Origin: Dethiobacter sp.
GTDB lineage: Bacteria > Bacillota > Dethiobacteria > DTU022 > UBA8154
DNA: 64,000 nt
Direction of reading: 5' to 3'
Assembly: GCA_020725665.1 (NCBI GenBank)
Contig: DYEO01000024.1
Coordinates: 17,408-81,407, forward strand
Program-made: the position numbers and the translations under genes
Part shown: positions 59,307-64,000 of the stretch, one piece after another
Layout: every line of letters begins with the position of its first letter
Numbering within the stretch: position 1 is the stretch's first letter
The notes under the pieces: generated by a model
What the model saw: only the letters and a program-made list of their open reading frames with translations
The model's database searches: none
Told to the model about the DNA's origin: nothing

Positions 59307-59903
59307 ATGATGGACAATATCGAGAAAATCAGAGAGATGCTCGCGCAAAACAATGGAATAATTACCGCTTCACAGGTTACGGAGGCTAATATACCAAGGC
59401 ATTATCTGAAAAAAATGCTGGACATGAAGCTCCTGACCAAGGTTGACAGGGGGATTTATATCAAGCCGGAAATGTGGGAAGACGAAATGTATATATTGCA
59501 GTACAAGTACAGCAGAGGCATTTTCTCCCATGAAACGGCCTTGTATATTCACGGCCTTACGGATAGGACGCCCATGAAATATACCATGACATTTCCCTAT
59601 GGATATCATGTGCATTCCTTGAAACAAGAAAATGTCAAAGTCAAAAAAGCCGTCGAAGATTTATACGAACTCGGATTGACTACCGGCATTTCTCCCTGTG
59701 GCAATCCGATCCGTTTGTACGATGTGGAACGGACGCTTTGCGATATTGTCAAGGGCAATAATACCTGTGACATCCAGATTGTGAATCAGGCCATGAAGCA
59801 GTACGCCAAGATGCCGGGGAAGAATATTACACGGCTTTTTAACTACGCCGAGAAAGTACGGGTAAAACCCAAAATACTGAACTATATGGGAGTTTTGTTA
59901 TGA
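59307..59903 (+). CDS. abiEi: AbiEi-family antitoxin (type IV TA / abortive infection)
   Basis: N-terminal wHTH plus AbiEi_4-like body, directly upstream of and overlapping the AbiEii gene. Confidence 0.7.
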   Translation: MMDNIEKIREMLAQNNGIITASQVTEANIPRHYLKKMLDMKLLTKVDRGIYIKPEMWEDEMYILQYKYSRGIFSHETALYIHGLTDRTPMKYTMTFPYGYHVHSLKQENVKVKKAVEDLYELGLTTGISPCGNPIRLYDVERTLCDIVKGNNTCDIQIVNQAMKQYAKMPGKNITRLFNYAEKVRVKPKILNYMGVLL

Positions 59904-60244
59904 GAACGAACAATCCGATGCAACTGAAAGCATATATAAAAAAGATGGCCGCCGAAAAAAACATTTCCGCCCAGCTTGTCATGCAGAACTACATGCTGGA
60001 GCGGCTGCTGGAACGTATTTCCGTATCCAGGTATCAATCCAATCTGATCTTAAAAGGCGGCTTTTTGATTTCAGCCATTGTTGGACTGGATGCAAGAGCG
60101 ACGATGGATTTGGATGCCACAATCAAAGGTTTTGACATTACGCATGATACCGTCAGGAGAATTTTTAAGGAAATAGGCTCCTTTCCAATGAGTGTTTGTT
60201 ATGGAAGTGGACACGTACCCTCCCGCTATTCTAGCTCGTTATAA
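59900..60244 (+). pseudogene. abiEii: AbiEii nucleotidyltransferase toxin, N-terminal 114 aa only (truncated)
   Basis: MQLKAYIKKMAAEKNISAQLVMQNYMLERLLERISVS...ILKGGFLISAIVGLDARATMDLDATIKGF matches the AbiEii/DUF1814 N-terminus. Full-length proteins are about 290 aa. The ORF ends where an opposite-strand two-gene module begins. Confidence 0.7.
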
Positions 60245-60426
60245 TCAAACAACTCCTCTACGTTGACCCCGAAAAAGCGCGCCATTTTAAAGGCTAATTT
60301 TAGGGAAGGGTCGTACTTGCCTTTTTCGATGGCATTAACGGTGGCCCGGGCCACACCGATCTTTTTGGCCAATTCTTCCTGCGTCAGATCATGAATGGCC
60401 CGGTGGACTTTTAATTTGTTCTTCAT
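60226..60426 (-). CDS. Small XRE-family HTH regulator (YozG-like)
   Basis: MKNKLKVHRAIHDLTQEELAKKIGVARATVNAIEKGKYDPSLKLAFKMARFFGVNVEELF is an HTH_3 type. Confidence 0.65.
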   Translation of the reverse strand: MKNKLKVHRAIHDLTQEELAKKIGVARATVNAIEKGKYDPSLKLAFKMARFFGVNVEELFDYNELE

Positions 60427-60995
60427 TATTTTTTCAACTCCATGATGGCAATGTTGATAAGCCAAAAAATAAATGCTACTGATAAGACACCAATCCACAA
60501 ACCCTGCTCGTCAAGGCTTATCCAAGGTTGGATAAGTGCCGCTATGACCATGAAAAAGAGGAACAGGTAAGACCATGCACTGGCCCAAGCAAAGTGCGAC
60601 AAGTACCTTTCGTCGTATACCGGAGCATCTTGAAAAAACACCTTGCTGTCGGAACGAAGAATAAAGAACAAAACAACGATGAAGCCCAGTAAATAGATAC
60701 CCATAACCCTTGTTGCAGTTATATCAACATGTAAGAGCGAAAGCAGAAGTGAAACCAAACCGGTAAAGGCAATAGGGAGTGTCAGAGCCAGCGCAATCGC
60801 GCCTATACGCCTGGCAGAGTGCTTCCTGCGGGCGTAAAAATGTATAAATGCTCCCAAGGCAACTCCCGTGGATACACCTAAAATACCTGCCAGATTGATA
60901 TTTTCCGAGTATAAGTATTGCGCTAAAACAGTCCCGAACAATGATCCTGTGAACAGCAAAATGTAGAAAACAAACCAGCCGATTTTTCCATTCAC
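60426..60995 (-). CDS. Membrane protein (multi-TM), co-operonic with small XRE regulator
   Basis: Five or six predicted TM helices. GTG start at 60995 with RBS GGGGG. Overlaps the downstream HTH gene. Confidence 0.5.
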   Translation of the reverse strand: MNGKIGWFVFYILLFTGSLFGTVLAQYLYSENINLAGILGVSTGVALGAFIHFYARRKHSARRIGAIALALTLPIAFTGLVSLLLSLLHVDITATRVMGIYLLGFIVVLFFILRSDSKVFFQDAPVYDERYLSHFAWASAWSYLFLFFMVIAALIQPWISLDEQGLWIGVLSVAFIFWLINIAIMELKK

Positions 60996-61137
60996 CTGTA
61001 TCGCCCCCTTTATACAAAATGTAAAGCATTAATAACATTATGTCAATATATCTTATCATTGCAAAGATAAAATTATACCTCCAAGTGTAGGAAAACTATA
61101 CCTGGCTCTCTGCTGGTCTTTAATACTTCTACCACAT

Positions 61138-61449
61138 ATGGGTTCAACGTCCATTGCGGGAATGCGATCAGCCCCTTTGACCATAACGGATTGGAAAGGC
61201 TGGCTTAAGTATCATCCGGGCTCCTGTCTCGCAGGAACGGATGACTTACGTCCCGGCGTCAAAAGCTGCAGAAGGGTTAGCCAGAGTGTCATGTCAAATT
61301 ACAAAACGGTGTTGGAAAACATCGCCGCAAGTGAACAAATGAAAGGCTTTTGGAGAAAATACCAAACAGATTTTGACTATGCGAAGGACATTGATTTTAC
61401 GGATGTCTGCCATATGATTGTCCGGGTTTTTGATGAAATTGGTTTTTAA
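61138..61449 (+). CDS. Hypothetical protein
   Basis: 103 aa ORF. The start may be the internal Met (MSNYKTV). Confidence 0.2.
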   Translation: MGSTSIAGMRSAPLTITDWKGWLKYHPGSCLAGTDDLRPGVKSCRRVSQSVMSNYKTVLENIAASEQMKGFWRKYQTDFDYAKDIDFTDVCHMIVRVFDEIGF

Positions 61450-61598
61450 GATATACAATAAAACTCTATCTCATTGAAAATTTGAGTTTGTTTGTAAAGT
61501 AAATAAGAATATAAATTTATCCCCAATTATGGTGTGGGTGCTGAAAGAATCAGTGCCTTTTTCTTTTGCGCAAAATCAAAGAGGAGGTTTTGTCATTT

Positions 61599-61826
61599 AT
61601 GAAAACCTATCAGGTGGAAATCAGAGAAACGCTTTGCATGACCGTCGAGGTCAAAGCGAAAAACGCACAAGAAGCGGAAGCGATGGTGACAGTGTAGGAA
61701 GCATACAACAATGAAGAATACATCCTCGACGCGGAACACTTTGCCGGGGTGGAGTTTGCAGCACGGGAAAAAGAAATCGAAGCACGGAGCAGGGGCCAAA
61801 AGCGCCGCCAGTATGAACGATGACCG
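61599..61826 (+). pseudogene. DpnD/PcfM-like small protein with in-frame TAG at 61695-61697
   Basis: RBS AGAGGAGG then MKTYQVEIRETLCMTVEVKAKNAQEAEAMVTV, then TAG, then EAYNNEEYILDAEHFAGVEFAAREKEIEARSRGQKRRQYER. This resembles the DpnD/PcfM family (MK.Y.V.I.ET.....VE....EQAE..V...W.N.EY.LD...F.GVEF). Confidence 0.4.
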
Positions 61827-61878
61827 CCAGACTTTCCTTTTCGGCCGGTGGTATCTGAAACCAACCATAACTTTTACT

Positions 61879-61983
61879 ACAACACAAGACAGCTGTCTTG
61901 TGTTGTAGTGTTGTAGTTGTAGTAGTTGTAGCAAGCACTGAATTTGGTCTCCCAAATTCGCTTGTTAGGGGCGTTGCCCCTAA
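61879..61983. repeat. Palindrome and microsatellite cluster
   Basis: Perfect 28-bp palindrome ACAACACAAGACAGCTGTCTTGTGTTGT (61879-61906), (T)TGTAG tandem repeats (61901-61932), hairpin GAATTTGGtctcCCAAATTC (61940-61959) and hairpin TTAGGGGCgttGCCCCTAA (61965-61983). Confidence 0.7.
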
Positions 61984-62124
61984 TACCCCTGCATAGTTAC
62001 ACGTTTGCTCCCCATGAATATATCCGATGTTGATTGTTATAGGGGAAGAAAACATAAGAATAAAGTTTACCCTGAACTGTCACAATCGTGGCGGTTTTTT
62101 TCATTTATATCACCATAAGGAAGG

Positions 62125-62931
62125 ATGATGAACATGAAAACCTATGACAATGCTGATAAGTGGCGGCAGGAATTCCGCGCCGTCATCGACTGCAAGAACG
62201 CCTTTACAGAAAACGCGGCGCTCTCCCGCAGCTACCATGACCGCAAGCTGCCCGAATTTCTGAAAGAAATCATCGTAGCACATGGATGGGATCGCGTCCG
62301 GCAGGTGCTGGCCGCAACCGTCAACCACGCCCCCTGGAACGGAAGGTATGACCACACGGTAAAGGAATGGGCGGCACGGGTGGAACCTTTCCCGCAGTTT
62401 TCGGGGCATCAGGGAGAACCACGGGATTTTTACGAGTTTTGCCTCAATACACACCCCGTCATCGTCAACGATACGGCGCGGCTTTTAAGGAAACTCACCG
62501 GCCTGCAGGCGCTATACTTCCACTACCTCTACAAGATGGGCATTTTGCCCAGACAGCGCGCGTCCAACAAACGGACGCATTTTTTATTGCGCGAGGACAT
62601 CCGCTATCTGGATCAGCTCACCGCGCAAACAAAGCTGCTCTGCACTCACCGCATTGAGAATAAAGAGCAGCTTCTCACCTATCGGTATGGGCTGGAGCAG
62701 GAAATGGAGTCCCTGGCTGCCGCCCGCAAATCCCTGTACAACAGGATAGGCCGCTGCAAGGACGACGGGCAGATTGCGGCATACAAGCAGCAGATTTCCG
62801 AACTTTCCAAGAAACTGTCCCTGCTCCGGAAGGAGGTGAAACTGTGTTCGGGCATCCTGTCCCGTTCCGAGGAAATGAAGATTATGAAGCGCCGCCGGAG
62901 GAACAAAACTTCCCGATGGTCATGGAAATGA
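62125..62931 (+). CDS. Hypothetical conjugative-element protein (GC about 58%)
   Basis: 268 aa ORF with no firm motif. Its 3' part overlaps, in another frame, the start of the T4CP fragment. Confidence 0.25.
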   Translation: MMNMKTYDNADKWRQEFRAVIDCKNAFTENAALSRSYHDRKLPEFLKEIIVAHGWDRVRQVLAATVNHAPWNGRYDHTVKEWAARVEPFPQFSGHQGEPRDFYEFCLNTHPVIVNDTARLLRKLTGLQALYFHYLYKMGILPRQRASNKRTHFLLREDIRYLDQLTAQTKLLCTHRIENKEQLLTYRYGLEQEMESLAAARKSLYNRIGRCKDDGQIAAYKQQISELSKKLSLLRKEVKLCSGILSRSEEMKIMKRRRRNKTSRWSWK

Positions 62932-63890
62932 TTGCCGCCGCTGAGGTGCGGGAGGAGGACGAAACCTACCAAAGCCCCCTTGATGAGCTGTTTGAGCGGC
63001 TGGAAATGCGGGAGCCGGAACACCTGGCGGTCAAGCAGTACAACATTTTCAAGCTGGCGGCGGGAAAAACGGCCAAATCCATTTTAATCAGCCTGGGCGT
63101 CCGGCTGGAGAAGTTCAATCTGGCCTCCATCGCCGGAATCACCACCACGGACGAACTGGAGCTGCCGTCCATCGGAGAACGCAAAACGGCGCTCTTTGCC
63201 GTAATCCCCGATAATGACAGCAGCTTTAATTTTGTCGTGGGGATGCTCTATACCCAGTTATTTCAACAGCTCTACTACCTTGCCGACCATGTACACGGCG
63301 GGCGGCTTCCCGTCCATGTCCATTTCGTCATGGACGAATTTTCCAATGTCGCCCTGCCGGATGAGTTTGACAAGCTGCTGTCCACCGTGCGCTCCCGGGA
63401 GATCAGCGTTTCCATCATCCTGCAAAATCTGGCGCAATTAAAAGCTCTGTTCAAAGACACCTGGGAGTCCATCGTCGGCAACTGCGACGAATTCCTGTAC
63501 CTGGGCGGCAACGAGCAGTCCACCCATAAGTATGTCTCCGAGCTTTTGGGCAAGGAAACCATCGACTTAAACACCTACGGGCAGAGCAAGGGCGGTCACG
63601 GCAGCTTCTCCACCAATTGCCAGTTGTCGGGCCGGGAGCTTCTGACCCCCGACGAAGTGCGGATGCTGGACAACCGCTGCGCCCTGCTGTTCATCCGGGG
63701 CGAGCGGGCGGTGATGGACGACAAGTACGATATTTTAAAACACCCTAATTTGAAGTTGACCGTTGACGGCGGCGGCGAACCCTTCCGGCACGGGGAGACT
63801 CCCCATGCTTTGGACTGGAAAGCCGTTACGCTGGTCAAGGAAGGCGATTACGAGCTTCTGTCCGAGGAGGAACTCGAAGCCATGATTTAA
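62844..63890 (+). pseudogene. VirD4/TraG-family coupling protein, C-terminal half only
   Basis: VHFVMDEFSNVALP (Walker B region), ILQNLAQLKALF, and LYLGGNEQSTHKYVSELLG are typical of the T4CP C-terminal half. The N-terminal TM/Walker A half is missing. It is distinct from the TcpA-like gene at 15686. Confidence 0.55.
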
Positions 63891-63912
63891 CCCCAAAAAA
63901 CACAAATCAGGA

Positions 63913-64000
63913 GGTATGATTTTATGAAAATGTCCAGGAAAACAAAAAGGGCCTTTTCTTTTTTCTGCGCGCTGGTGCTGGCGCTTACGCTTATTACCGT
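63913..64000 (+). CDS. Start of a secreted or membrane protein (runs off window end)
   Basis: RBS AGGAGG then MKMSRKTKRAFSFFCALVLALTLIT, a signal-peptide-like sequence. Confidence 0.3.

Noticed and set aside
61901-61932. TTGTAG tandem repeats considered as a possible CRISPR array
   Set aside because: The units are 6 bp with no spacers, and there are no cas genes nearby. It is a microsatellite, not CRISPR.
61651-62055. Minus-strand 134-aa ORF with a poly-Thr run
   Set aside because: The poly-Thr run is simply the translation of the TGTAG repeat and palindromes. There is no RBS and the ORF overlaps structured non-coding DNA.

Overview
This window looks like part of a Firmicutes/Clostridia-type integrative conjugative element (ICE), with a large accessory defense island appended to it. 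GC content is mosaic: about 50% in the conjugation backbone, 33-40% in the cargo cassettes, and about 58% at the far right end.

Left part (1-18.9 kb), conjugation and DNA-processing backbone:
- Type IV secretion pieces: a membrane protein fragment, a DUF4406 protein, a PrgI/TcpE(VirB3)-like protein, and a VirB4-like ATPase that is split into two ORFs by a 1.6 kb Fic + HEPN cassette.
- An amidoligase plus gamma-glutamyl-cyclotransferase pair, an M23 peptidase, a second Fic gene, and a ParM-like actin ATPase with a small partner.
- An oriT-like structured region, a MobC-like ribbon-helix-helix protein, a MOBP relaxase with C-terminal Sel1 repeats, a DUF3991/Toprim primase-like protein, a VirD4/TcpA coupling protein, a wHTH protein and a RadC/JAB protein.

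Middle part (18.9-36.7 kb):
- A low-GC two-gene module of unknown function.
- A Type III restriction-modification system (Mod with a long N-terminal extension, plus Res), preceded by a small HTH leader gene and followed by a three-gene operon of unknown function.
- An ImmR/ImmA-like regulatory switch with operator repeats, two sigma-like genes, and three tandem serine-recombinase-family genes.

Right part (36.8-61 kb), a contiguous defense island:
- A second copy of the HTH leader gene, translationally coupled to a Gabija system (OLD-family GajA plus UvrD-like GajB).
- A complete Qat system (KAP NTPase, QatB, QueC-like, TatD).
- A Type I R-M system whose hsdM carries an in-frame TGA.
- A GmrSD-like DUF262/DUF1524 nuclease, a RAMP-like gene fragment, an IS110 transposase fragment, and HigB-like/XRE and Phd/ParE toxin-antitoxin pairs.
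- A frameshifted TauE/SafE gene, a DUF1232 protein, and an AbiEi gene with a truncated AbiEii gene.

Far right (61-64 kb): a palindrome/microsatellite cluster and remnants of a second, higher-GC element (a DpnD/PcfM-like gene with an in-frame TAG and a T4SS coupling-protein C-terminal fragment).

Most notable non-annotation signal: five unrelated proteins in the transfer module end with the same C-terminal hexapeptide (G-hydrophobic-x-M-x-L/M followed by the stop), which looks like a shared tail signal.

All calls rest on motif recognition by eye; no searches were run.
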